Source: a virus. From it: DNA of 64,000 nt. Below, piece by piece: positions 18,694-27,227 of this stretch. Location of the stretch: IMG/VR virus record IMGVR_UViG_3300031957_002938, positions 25,659 through 89,658 of that record. The stretch is one strand, 5' to 3'. The notes under the pieces are model-generated. The model worked only from the letters and a program-made list of their open reading frames with translations, made no database searches and was not told the DNA's origin. The number at the start of each line of letters is the position of its first letter. Position 1 is the first letter of the stretch. The translations under genes and the position numbers were made by a program.

Positions 18694-18770
18694 GTAACTC
18701 CTTGAGTATCAAGGGGTTAGAGGGCGCGGGGGGGCGCTCCCGCCTAACTCGTTGAGTATCAGTGACTTAC
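18694..18770 (-). repeat. 77-bp double-dyad element, copy 5 (inverted)
   Basis: Same 27-23-27 layout; centre triplets GTA are the reverse complement of TAC. Confidence 0.88.
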
Positions 18771-18795
18771 AAGGCGAATCTTTATGAATGCACAC

Positions 18796-18822
18796 AAAAA
18801 AACCCGCATTGCTGCGGGTTTG
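18796..18822. terminator. Terminator at the convergence of + and - gene blocks
   Basis: aaaaaaacccgca-ttgc-tgcgggttt. Confidence 0.8.
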
Positions 18823-18866
18823 GTTATTTATTTGATCTTATTTGATCTGGTATTATAGTTATTTAG

Positions 18867-19349
18867 TCAAGATCTCACGACCTGCAACTTACCATATGTT
18901 TCTTTCTTTCTACCTCTCATCCACATACAATCCCAACGCTGTCTTCGAGGTTTGCGGTGGTAGTATCGATAGACCTCACCTGTTTCTTTATTAATGAGTT
19001 TATATTTACCCTTGATTGTTTTTACATTGCCCCCGTTATCTTCTGATTTATAACACCTCTCTGGTCTGGCCCCGACCTTCCGACACATACGTTTCCATAC
19101 AAAGTCATGCCCATGTCCTGGGCCTGTAAGTGCGTGGGCGATTTCATGGAGAACAACATCTTTTGTTTCTTCGAGAGTATTAATACTTGCGAGTTTCTTC
19201 GTAATACCAATCTCCTTACTTCCGTATCGGCACTGCCCGTATCTTCGAACAGCTCTAGTATCCCATACAAACTTCCAATCAGATATGCCCCACTTGTCCA
19301 TCTCTTCTAATGCGAACAGTTTTACTTGGTGTAATTTAATTAAGTCCAT
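18867..19349 (-). CDS. SprT-like zinc metalloprotease
   Basis: RYGQC, VLHEIAHAL, HGHDFVWK...C. Confidence 0.85.
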   Translation of the reverse strand: MDLIKLHQVKLFALEEMDKWGISDWKFVWDTRAVRRYGQCRYGSKEIGITKKLASINTLEETKDVVLHEIAHALTGPGHGHDFVWKRMCRKVGARPERCYKSEDNGGNVKTIKGKYKLINKETGEVYRYYHRKPRRQRWDCMWMRGRKKETYGKLQVVRS

Positions 19350-19398
19350 TTTCTTAAGGTCTGTATAAACAATAATATTAATAGTAATAAGACTTCAA

Positions 19399-19683
19399 TC
19401 ACTGGTTGTGGATATGTTCGATGTGCTTCTCAACATACTGCTCGAAGTCTCCTATATTGTTTAGGTGCTTGCGCCTCTCATCATATGCCATAGAGAAAGC
19501 ATCAACATCCACAGCTTCCAGATCTTGGATATAATAATCTCTGCCGTGGAATTCACAAGAACTAATAGCTTCCCTTAATTCATTAATAGCAGATAGGATT
19601 CGAACATTTCCCTCCAATAACGATTCTTTTGAAGTGCCATTAAGGTGAACTGTCGGTAGTGGATACTCTTTTGTTTCAGTCAT
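19399..19683 (-). CDS. Hypothetical protein (LPTVHLNGT...HGRDYY family)
   Basis: Start MTETK lies 6 nt after TTGACT-17-TAGTAT. Confidence 0.7.
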   Translation of the reverse strand: MTETKEYPLPTVHLNGTSKESLLEGNVRILSAINELREAISSCEFHGRDYYIQDLEAVDVDAFSMAYDERRKHLNNIGDFEQYVEKHIEHIHNQ

Positions 19684-19912
19684 GTGCATATACTACTACC
19701 ACCTACGGTGGTAGTCAAGAAATAAAAAGAAAAAAAATTAAATTTAATTCAAAACCCAAAACAGATCAAATTCGTTCGCGATTGGATATCACGGCATCAA
19801 CATCATTATTAAGCGTTATATGCCGCGACCTGCATTATTTAGTTATTTACGTTTGATCCTACGACCTGGGCCTTCTTGTTTATTTAGATTATTTGAATTG
19901 AACTGGGCAATC

Positions 19913-19986
19913 TAGGTGCGGTGGGATTCGAACCCACACTTTACGGATTTTAAGTCCGTTGCCTCTGCCAGTTGGGCTACGCACCC
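19913..19986 (-). tRNA. tRNA-Leu(TAA), short variable loop, CCA not encoded
   Basis: GGGTGCG/CGCACCT acceptor stem with A73, D-loop AACTGGCAG, anticodon arm ACGGA-CTTAAAA-TCCGT, T-arm GTGGG-TTCGAAT-CCCAC. Confidence 0.92.
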
Positions 19987-20111
19987 TAGCCATCAGACCA
20001 GTAATCGTCTATGTCTTCGTCTCTATGTGATGTTTTCTCTCCCCTACTAAAAGCAAGTAAAACAAAAGAAAAAAAGAGAATAATTGTCCCCCAAGGGGTT
20101 CCGTCTTCCAT
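19986..20111 (-). CDS. Small membrane protein (41 aa)
   Basis: MEDGTPWGTIILFFSFVLLAF...; the last base of its stop codon is tRNA G1. Confidence 0.45.
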   Translation of the reverse strand: MEDGTPWGTIILFFSFVLLAFSRGEKTSHRDEDIDDYWSDG

Positions 20112-20287
20112 AAACTATTTAAAAATAATAAAAATGTTATTTAATTAATTAAAAAGGGTAGGTTGAAAGCTATCCTGCTAATAAAGATTAATCCTTATGT
20201 TTACAGTATATTCTTTTATATTCTCCCCTATATGTATCTTATGCTGTGAGTGATTGTAAATGCGTGAAAGAAGAGGTGTTTTTATAA

Positions 20288-20500
20288 TTACAAACGGCGA
20301 TTGAATAAATCTATATTCTTAGCGTTGGAATACTTGTTATTATATTCTACTAGTTCTTTTACTCTGTATATCTCCCCTAGAGTCTCTTTAGTCCTACCAG
20401 AATTGTCTACCTGACGTAGTGCTATGAGATCTGCTTCAGCAGATGATAGGACGTTGAAAAGCTCTCTGATAAGCTCATCGGGGGATTGATACTCACTCAT
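20288..20500 (-). CDS. Hypothetical protein
   Basis: ORF track, co-oriented with neighbours. Confidence 0.6.
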   Translation of the reverse strand: MSEYQSPDELIRELFNVLSSAEADLIALRQVDNSGRTKETLGEIYRVKELVEYNNKYSNAKNIDLFNRRL

Positions 20501-20512
20501 TGTCGATCTGAA

Positions 20513-20815
20513 TTAATCATTAATAAGAATAATAATCTTACCCCGATTCTTTTTGAGTGTTACTGTATCTCCTGCCTCTGCTTGATGTTTTAGCTTGGTA
20601 ATAGAGATTCTCTTATCTCCTCTGGTCTTAGCCTTATAGAAGGTCACCTTGGCTTCTGTCCCATCAGGATACTTACCCGATACTAGATGCTTGGCTCCAC
20701 TCTCTGCTTCTGAATAATCAAAAGAGAATTGCTTGGCTAGTTCACAAACTGATTTGTTTGCGTCTATGATGCTCTTGTTGAGCATGGTGTCTGTTATGTT
20801 AATGGTTGCTTTCAT
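20513..20815 (-). CDS. Hypothetical protein (possible B3/EcoRII-N-like DNA-binding barrel)
   Basis: ITDTMLNKSIIDAN...RGDKRISI...AEAGDTV. Confidence 0.55.
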   Translation of the reverse strand: MKATINITDTMLNKSIIDANKSVCELAKQFSFDYSEAESGAKHLVSGKYPDGTEAKVTFYKAKTRGDKRISITKLKHQAEAGDTVTLKKNRGKIIILIND

Positions 20816-20818
20816 AAA

Positions 20819-21094
20819 TTAATTAATCTCGTAAACTGATGTTATTGTCTCTATCTCATGATCTGGGTTGTCACTGCCATCCCAAGTCTTTCCTACTAAA
20901 TCGTTATCTTCTGACAACTCTTCTTTCTCGAAGTAATAAGAAATAGTGCCATCCATAGCAACTAAATCTAAATCTTCTACTTTATCGTGGTCGAAGTTCT
21001 TAATGTCTTCTGAAAATTTATCATCCCCCAACCAACAAACAGTTGTAGCATATCCTGTCTTATCTATTACTGTGATTATCTTGCTCTTCTGCAT
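20819..21094 (-). CDS. Acidic hypothetical protein
   Basis: ORF track. Confidence 0.65.
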   Translation of the reverse strand: MQKSKIITVIDKTGYATTVCWLGDDKFSEDIKNFDHDKVEDLDLVAMDGTISYYFEKEELSEDNDLVGKTWDGSDNPDHEIETITSVYEIN

Positions 21095-21251
21095 TTTCTG
21101 TTTCTATGTTACTATCTGCTAGTATCTGGTCTTCTGTCCCTAACAATTCTGTGAGAACTAGGCTTTCTGCCCTGTTACAAGCATCTGTATTGTTTCCTGC
21201 TACCACTCGCACATCTTGAGTTACGGTGACTTTTACTGTATACCATTTCAT
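21060..21251 (-). CDS. Hypothetical protein
   Basis: ORF track, ATGA overlap with upstream gene. Confidence 0.6.
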   Translation of the reverse strand: MKWYTVKVTVTQDVRVVAGNNTDACNRAESLVLTELLGTEDQILADSNIETENAEEQDNHSNR

Positions 21252-21568
21252 TTGCCGCTAATATACCTCTTGTATTCTGCTTTGACAAGTGGAATAACCA
21301 TATAATCCACAATTCTTACTAAAGCCTCTTCTGTATTATCGCAGTCGAGAATGTTAGATAAACCGCCGACTCCTAAAGCTGCATGATGAGCTTCATGAAT
21401 CAAAGTATCTAACTGCTCCTCTGGACTAAGACCTTTTCTGATTGCAATAACCCTCTTATCAAAATCCATTTGCCCGAAATCATCCATCTCTTTGAAGACA
21501 ACTTTGAACTTCATCCCTCCCACGGTTATCGTGGAAGGGGGCTTGTAAATCTTTTTTCTTTGGGCCAT
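21248..21568 (-). CDS. Small HExxH zincin-like protein
   Basis: DTLIHEAHHAAL...EEALV. Confidence 0.7.
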   Translation of the reverse strand: MAQRKKIYKPPSTITVGGMKFKVVFKEMDDFGQMDFDKRVIAIRKGLSPEEQLDTLIHEAHHAALGVGGLSNILDCDNTEEALVRIVDYMVIPLVKAEYKRYISGK

Positions 21569-22491
21569 TATCCTATCTTTTCTAATGCTTTAATTCCTTT
21601 ACCTGTAATCTCTCTCTTGCCATCGATTCTCATAAACCCATTCTTCAAGAGAAACACTTCTGAATCTTTTTGTAATGCGGTTCTAGACATACCAGTAACA
21701 GCAGATAACATCTGCAAGGTGCAAGCTCCACGCTCTTTCAAGATTCGCATCACTTGTAGCTCGGTGTTATTGATACCATATGGCATAATACCTAGCAAGT
21801 CACATAGATTATCCCACTCTTTTTTGCCGAATCTGGATTTGTTATTAACTTCGGCCCATGCACTGATCTCTAATGCTCTCTTGATAGCAGACCGTGCATT
21901 ACCTCGAACTGTTTGGCAGACTTCTTTAAGAACATTACCCTCGAACTTAATCCAGTCTAATTTTCTTTGCAGTATGCCACCCAACTGATCTGCGGTATAA
22001 GGTTCAAAATCAAGTTGAGTAAGGCGATCTTTAAATGGTGGGAACAATTTATCAAGCTCTGTAGTAGCGAATAGAAAAGTCTGACGCTCGAACTCGAAGA
22101 ATAAGGTAGATTCACCGAACTCAAACCTCTTGGTCTTCGCTCCCTCTACGTTAAATATTGTAAGGAATGCCATCTCAAGATCTTTGGGTAGTGAGTGACA
22201 CTCATCCAAAAGAATGGTAACGTCCTTATCTAAAATAGCAGGAATAAAAATTTGTTCAAAGAACTGCTCTGCATTACGAATGGTAGAACAATTAATTTCA
22301 ATCATTGGCTTCTGTAGAGACTTAGCAAAAGATTTCGCAAACTCTGTCTTGCCCAATCCTTTAGCTCCATTAAAAACAATAAAAGGAAGCGTTCCTGTAG
22401 CTTTCTTTGCTCTGCTGTAAAACTTGAGACGCTTTTTAAGTGTCTCCTGTCCAATCAGCCCATCAAACATATCAGTGGTATTGCTCATCAA
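21568..22491 (-). CDS. ruvB: RuvB-like Holliday-junction AAA+ helicase
   Basis: FDGLIGQE, GAKGLGKT, LLDECH, FATTE...PPFKDR, RGNAR, C-terminal winged helix with EVFLLKNGF...GKREIT. Confidence 0.8.
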   Translation of the reverse strand: MMSNTTDMFDGLIGQETLKKRLKFYSRAKKATGTLPFIVFNGAKGLGKTEFAKSFAKSLQKPMIEINCSTIRNAEQFFEQIFIPAILDKDVTILLDECHSLPKDLEMAFLTIFNVEGAKTKRFEFGESTLFFEFERQTFLFATTELDKLFPPFKDRLTQLDFEPYTADQLGGILQRKLDWIKFEGNVLKEVCQTVRGNARSAIKRALEISAWAEVNNKSRFGKKEWDNLCDLLGIMPYGINNTELQVMRILKERGACTLQMLSAVTGMSRTALQKDSEVFLLKNGFMRIDGKREITGKGIKALEKIG

Positions 22492-22733
22492 TCAAATGTG
22501 TTTACGGTAAATTCGATTCTCTCTTCGGTTTCTTCTTTTTTAGCGGGAGCAGGATCGATTGTCAAGGCTTCTTGTGCTTCGATTACATCTTCCAGCCAAC
22601 GCTTGGATACTACAATGGTCGCTTGATTGGTCATGCCTACATCACGCAAACGATCAGACAAGTCTTTAAGTCTGATCTTAGTGAATGAAGTAGAACCTTT
22701 CTTGCGTCCTCTTTTCTTTGGTGTTTCGCTCAT
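22488..22733 (-). CDS. Small protein with AT-hook-like KRGRKKGS
   Basis: 81 aa, sigma70 promoter upstream. Confidence 0.65.
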   Translation of the reverse strand: MSETPKKRGRKKGSTSFTKIRLKDLSDRLRDVGMTNQATIVVSKRWLEDVIEAQEALTIDPAPAKKEETEERIEFTVNTFD

Positions 22734-22821
22734 ATGTTGGGTATTATATATGGGTCAGAACCAAGCGCAAGTCTTTTTTTTCATTTAAATTAATTTTTTT
22801 TCTATAAGTGTAATTAATAGT

Positions 22822-23154
22822 ATGACTCTCATTGTAGTTTCCCAACTCACAACAAAGGAAGGACTATACTTTAGATATCTGACAAGTGCTATAAAATTAC
22901 ACTATAATATGGACGTAATTGTAGAGGCACAAAAAGCACAAATAGATCATTATTATTCGTTATTAAAAAAAAGAGGTCTATATGATTTTGTATCAGAGAT
23001 TGTGACCCCAGAGATGAGAGAGGAAGGAATTAGACTTGATACGGAGATGAATTATCCACTCACCGTAACGACACAGAAAATAAACGTAATTAACGTTTCA
23101 GGTTTAATTACTTCCATAAATAATCTTTATCAAATTAAAAATAATTTTAATTAA
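22822..23154 (+). CDS. Hypothetical protein (lone + strand gene with GTGTAA motif)
   Basis: 110 aa; GTGTAA 8 nt upstream. Confidence 0.65.
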   Translation: MTLIVVSQLTTKEGLYFRYLTSAIKLHYNMDVIVEAQKAQIDHYYSLLKKRGLYDFVSEIVTPEMREEGIRLDTEMNYPLTVTTQKINVINVSGLITSINNLYQIKNNFN

Positions 23155-23216
23155 TTTTAATTGTTTTTAAATAATTTTAATTCTTTTATTTGAAAAAAAA
23201 TCATTCGATCTGGGAC

Positions 23217-23705
23217 TTATTTGGCGCAAGATGATTCGATCTGGGAAATAAACCAAGAAGGGGTTTCTCTTTTACTCCATTTAGCGAAGTAAGCTTTCTC
23301 TCCATTGTAATAAGAGCGGTAAGCTGTAACAGAGCATTCGTTTTTGTATTCATCTGGCATTGCTTGAGCGAACTTAGTCAGACCTATGCGTGGTAGATCT
23401 AATTTGTGGTAGTTACACCCACACCAGTGGATAGCTTCTAGAGATTTATGCACCTTACTGTAGCGTCTAGTATACTCTTGGCACATGGCGTAAGCGTGAG
23501 AAAGTAGCCATTCGTAATTTTCTTCGGATTCTCTTGCCCATTTAGTGCATGGATGATTGTAGAATGCTCTTTTGTATGGAGCATCTCCCTTGGGGAAGAC
23601 AGCGCAAAGCATTTGGGCTGACTCAAGAATCATTTTTACTACATGTTTATCGCACAATTGTTGTGCGGCTATCTTGGGGTCGGTATCTACTGCGAATATA
23701 TTCAT
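23217..23705 (-). CDS. Pyrimidine-dimer DNA glycosylase/DenV-related protein
   Basis: MNIF..D.DP..AAQ..CDKHVVKMILESAQML, NHPCTKW, FAQAMPDEYK, AYRSYY. Confidence 0.8.
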   Translation of the reverse strand: MNIFAVDTDPKIAAQQLCDKHVVKMILESAQMLCAVFPKGDAPYKRAFYNHPCTKWARESEENYEWLLSHAYAMCQEYTRRYSKVHKSLEAIHWCGCNYHKLDLPRIGLTKFAQAMPDEYKNECSVTAYRSYYNGEKAYFAKWSKRETPSWFISQIESSCAK

Positions 23706-23708
23706 GTT

Positions 23709-24425
23709 TCAGACACTGTGTCCGAGAAAACGGAGAAGATCAAGATATTTTTTTGATTCCTCATCTCTTATATCATGATCACCAGCCATATGAAAGACAT
23801 ATGGTAAAGCTTTCAATTTAGCTAGTATCTCGCGCTCACTGACATTGTAATGCTGAAGCTCTAAATAAGGAATAAGTTTTGTTATGCTATTTACATTATC
23901 TACATCGTCTTGATAAAAACCTCTGACAAGAGCTTGGTCTTCAATCCAGTTCATTTTAGGACACAATAAACTTTTCCATTTTCTTTTTCCGCAATATTTA
24001 TCTTTTAGTTCATCTGAAAAAGACCATTTCTTTAAAATCTCCACGACCCTCTGTGTATTTTTGAAAATAGCAACGCCTGTATTTATTGCAGGGGGATTGA
24101 TTTTAGAATCGTCCTCGCCAAACATAATTTCTTTTTTATACTTTTTAATTATTTTAGTTATAGGAGGAGACATATTATAAAAAAAAGCATCAGCATCTAC
24201 CCATACTATGTAATCATAATCATTTATGTATTCAAGTATGAACGGATATCTCTCCCAATGACCGCTTCTAGGTTCTCCCTTCCAAGCAGAAGATGTATAA
24301 TACTTCTTAGAAGATTTTATTAAATCATATCCATATTTGTCGCAATAAACTTTATTTATTTTATGGCAGTTATCTCCATAAGATTTAAATTTTCCGTCAT
24401 ACCACATTAAAAAAGCGATCTTCAT
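23709..24425 (-). CDS. Glycosyltransferase, GT34 (GMA12/MNN10)-like
   Basis: YCDKYGYD, YDYIVWVDADA (DxD), INTGV, EDQ, HMAG. Confidence 0.75.
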   Translation of the reverse strand: MKIAFLMWYDGKFKSYGDNCHKINKVYCDKYGYDLIKSSKKYYTSSAWKGEPRSGHWERYPFILEYINDYDYIVWVDADAFFYNMSPPITKIIKKYKKEIMFGEDDSKINPPAINTGVAIFKNTQRVVEILKKWSFSDELKDKYCGKRKWKSLLCPKMNWIEDQALVRGFYQDDVDNVNSITKLIPYLELQHYNVSEREILAKLKALPYVFHMAGDHDIRDEESKKYLDLLRFLGHSV

Positions 24426-24580
24426 TACCAATTCTTTATAATATTAGCTACAATAAATAAATTACAGACGACAGCTTGAAGGATAATTACAGTTCTAATG
24501 AAAGCTACACAATCAGCTTCATGATTTTTTCCCTGTTTTTCTCCTAATGCTTTTGCCCACAATCTCCAAACATTTTTCAT
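24425..24580 (-). CDS. Small conserved phage membrane protein (WRLWAKALGEK family)
   Basis: MKNVWRLWAKALGEKTG...IRTVIIL...ANIIKNW; below the ORF-track cutoff and overlapping both neighbours. Confidence 0.7.
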   Translation of the reverse strand: MKNVWRLWAKALGEKQGKNHEADCVAFIRTVIILQAVVCNLFIVANIIKNW

Positions 24581-25035
24581 GGCATATCTCCCTCTCCGAC
24601 AGAGTAAGTCTGCTTATAGTGAAGACCTTCGTTACCGTTTTGTCCGATAACATTCATACGCTTTTCCGCTTGGATCTCTTCTTTTCCAGTTGGTAATTTG
24701 GAAACTGGTCGTTCGATCTGGGATCTTTCTTCCATCAACATCGCTTTAGCTAATATCGCGTAATTTACGATATCATCGCAAGCGTCCTCCACTGTCTCAT
24801 TTGGAACAGATAGTTCTTTATCGTTAGTGAACGAACGGATTCTCTGCACCTTATCTATAACACGCAAGAGTAAACCCTGCACAGGATGGATGTTAAGGAT
24901 TTTGGATGAATTAAAATTAGCGAATATATCTGTGGCAGTTTTGCCTCCAGTGTAATCATTATTTTTCTTAAGCATGATGTCCCTACAAGATTTGCAAGTG
25001 TCATCGTGGAGTTGGAGTAGTTCTTTACTGTTCAT
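24577..25035 (-). CDS. DUF1599/nucleotide-modification-associated (Nmad1-like) protein
   Basis: KKNNDY...FANF...DKVQR...DDIVNYAIL. Confidence 0.7.
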   Translation of the reverse strand: MNSKELLQLHDDTCKSCRDIMLKKNNDYTGGKTATDIFANFNSSKILNIHPVQGLLLRVIDKVQRIRSFTNDKELSVPNETVEDACDDIVNYAILAKAMLMEERSQIERPVSKLPTGKEEIQAEKRMNVIGQNGNEGLHYKQTYSVGEGDMP

Positions 25036-25069
25036 TTTGATATTTTTTTATGGAAGGTAAATAAACATG

Positions 25070-25207
25070 TTATTTCGATTCCCTTTCTGCTTCTTTTAAA
25101 AATTTATCCAACTCTTCTTCAGTGGGATAACGCATCTCGTCTTTCATTCCCTCGGGAATTTGACCAAGCCAGCAAATACTTTTTTCTTTTTCTGGTTTAT
25201 GTTTCAT
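25070..25207 (-). CDS. Small hypothetical protein (45 aa)
   Basis: MKHKPEKEKSICW...; ATGA overlap with the EndoVII gene. Confidence 0.5.
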   Translation of the reverse strand: MKHKPEKEKSICWLGQIPEGMKDEMRYPTEEELDKFLKEAERESK

Positions 25208-25617
25208 TGTTTAAGATATTCTATTGCTTTTTTAAGTAAATTAACATCGTCTTTAAAACACCCAATCGCACGATTACATGGATGGCAAAGCCAACCTCTG
25301 GCCTTATCTGTTAAATGGCAATGATCTAAAACCCAAGCGCCCAACTTTAACCCTCCTTTTCCTACGACATCCCCTTCACTTCCCCCACAAATAGGACAGC
25401 GGTGATCGGGTGAGGGAGGAGGTGTTATTTGTTTTAAACGCTCTCGGACATGAGCTAGTTCATTATTACATTTTCTGCACTCTGGTCGATAATAGTTTGC
25501 TCCTCCATGCATCGAAAAGCTATCAATAGGTAGAACCTTGTGACATTTATTGCACTGGCGAGTTTCTACTCCTTTAGGTATCGAATAAATTTCTCCAAAT
25601 AATTCTGTTTGGATCAT
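25204..25617 (-). CDS. Endonuclease VII-like (His-Me) nuclease
   Basis: CPICG...LDHCHLTDKARGWLCHPCNRAIG...AIEYL, with N-terminal CxxC pairs. Confidence 0.85.
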   Translation of the reverse strand: MIQTELFGEIYSIPKGVETRQCNKCHKVLPIDSFSMHGGANYYRPECRKCNNELAHVRERLKQITPPPSPDHRCPICGGSEGDVVGKGGLKLGAWVLDHCHLTDKARGWLCHPCNRAIGCFKDDVNLLKKAIEYLKQ

Positions 25618-25922
25618 TCAATTGGTTTCCTAGCTAAATGCGTAGAAGAAATATTATATTCTTCTGAATGTTTACTTCCTTTAGCTATCGAGGTAAAGGT
25701 AAGACTGTCTTGGGGTGCAGCAGGACCACCATAACCGCTATCTTCATCGATCATGTTAAGCATTTTCTCCAGTTGATACTTAGTGAGAGTGACTTTGACT
25801 GGAATTTCTTTTTGTTTGTTGTAAGTCACCACTAATTCTTCATTAAGAATGATTTTATCTTTTTTGAGATAAATTAAACTGGCGGCGGTTACAATTCCCA
25901 CGGATAATAATATGTATTTCAT
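25614..25922 (-). CDS. Hypothetical protein with N-terminal TM
   Basis: ORF track. Confidence 0.65.
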   Translation of the reverse strand: MKYILLSVGIVTAASLIYLKKDKIILNEELVVTYNKQKEIPVKVTLTKYQLEKMLNMIDEDSGYGGPAAPQDSLTFTSIAKGSKHSEEYNISSTHLARKPIE

Positions 25923-26401
25923 TACTCTACTAGTAGTTGGAATATTTGTTCGTCTGTATATTTGTCAGGATTATTAGAAGCGTCAATCAATAAGTCTGTA
26001 TGATTTAATAGCTCCTGTCTAATTTGGCCATAAGTTTTAGAATCAAGAACTAATTCTCTTGTTTTTAGATCATAAACATATAAGTCTTCATGGAATCTCG
26101 TATACTCATTTAGATAATCTAAAACATCTTCTATTGTAGGGAGGACTTCTAGCTGCTCATCATCATATGAATTCTGTATTCTTATTTCATATTTGAATGT
26201 TACCTCTGTGACATCTGGCTCACCTTCTTCTAAAGGGTGAACCTCTGGAGCCATAACTTCGACTTTGATTTTTGGTTTTAAAACTTCATCTGTTTCAAAC
26301 TCTGTGTCTACAAAAAACAAAAAGATTTGAATGAATACGAATACGAGTAAACCGAATACAAGTCCACCTACTAAAGCTTTTATTAAATCTTTTTTAGACA
26401 T
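25922..26401 (-). CDS. Membrane-anchored acidic protein
   Basis: N-terminal TM segment. Confidence 0.65.
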   Translation of the reverse strand: MSKKDLIKALVGGLVFGLLVFVFIQIFLFFVDTEFETDEVLKPKIKVEVMAPEVHPLEEGEPDVTEVTFKYEIRIQNSYDDEQLEVLPTIEDVLDYLNEYTRFHEDLYVYDLKTRELVLDSKTYGQIRQELLNHTDLLIDASNNPDKYTDEQIFQLLVE

Positions 26402-26711
26402 CTTTTACAAATTTTCCGTCAACCATCTTGCCAGTTCTATCTTTAATTTCGTTGTATGCTTGCTCCAGACAAGTAGTAGGATCAAGATCCATCATTTTGG
26501 CAGCAATGATAATAGTAACAAGCATATCGCCAATACCATCAGCTATTTCAGTATGATCACCGCCATGAAAATCATTCTTTACTGCCTCTATTGTTTCATT
26601 CAACTCTTCTTGAGTCTTATCTAATTGAGCCAAAGGATCTCCACCATTGAAAATACCTCTCTCTTCTGCCCATTTTATGACATACAAACTTAATTCGTAA
26701 AACGATTTCAT
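26394..26711 (-). CDS. mazG: MazG-like NTP pyrophosphohydrolase
   Basis: WAEERG...KTQEELNE...DGIGDMLVT...AYNEIKDRTGKMVDGKFVK. Confidence 0.85.
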   Translation of the reverse strand: MKSFYELSLYVIKWAEERGIFNGGDPLAQLDKTQEELNETIEAVKNDFHGGDHTEIADGIGDMLVTIIIAAKMMDLDPTTCLEQAYNEIKDRTGKMVDGKFVKDV

Positions 26712-27013
26712 TAGTTATTATTATTGTTGTTCTTTTTTTGTTCCATTCTTCGGATATGTTTATCCCAAATAGATTCTTCTTGAGCGGGGACTTGAAAATC
26801 GGCACGTTTAAAGTCTTTGGAGACACCAAAAATTTTCTGTAACCTTCTGACCCGAGACGCTTCTACAGACTGCTTGTAAATTTGCAAGGGAAATGTGACA
26901 AGAGAATTAAAAAAAGCACAAAGCCCAATAAATACTGCCAAAAGCAAACCCACTGTCAATCCTGCCACTAAGCTAAATAAGCCATATAAAAAGTTTCTGT
27001 AATTAAATTTCAT
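26711..27013 (-). CDS. Membrane protein
   Basis: Start MKFNY, followed by a long hydrophobic segment. Confidence 0.6.
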   Translation of the reverse strand: MKFNYRNFLYGLFSLVAGLTVGLLLAVFIGLCAFFNSLVTFPLQIYKQSVEASRVRRLQKIFGVSKDFKRADFQVPAQEESIWDKHIRRMEQKKNNNNNN

Positions 27014-27227
27014 AAACAACTGTGTAGTTATCAGGTTTGATGCCAACAACATTGAACTCAATGTATTCAGCAGCTTCGTCTACACTCATGCCAGACTTAG
27101 AAAAATAGTCAAGCATTTTTTTATGAGAATAAACAAGAAACCCTCTTTGATCGTTGCCAATGATACAATCATCTAGACCATCAAACTTTATTGCCTCTTC
27201 ACATAAGGCTAATTCGTCTATCTCCAT
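27003..27227 (-). CDS. Conserved phage hypothetical protein (DG.DD.IIG...EA.EYIEFN)
   Basis: Recognisable motif. Confidence 0.7.
   Translation of the reverse strand: MEIDELALCEEAIKFDGLDDCIIGNDQRGFLVYSHKKMLDYFSKSGMSVDEAAEYIEFNVVGIKPDNYTVVYEI

Noticed and set aside
13843-18770. 77-bp elements as a CRISPR array or classical attC sites
   Set aside because: Copies are 1-1.4 kb apart, separated by whole genes and in mixed orientation. No cas or integron integrase gene is in the window, and the two-dyad layout is not the single attC hairpin.
23130-23200. AT-rich quasi-repeats (also 17672-17705)
   Set aside because: Low complexity in an AT-rich genome, so no specific function can be supported.
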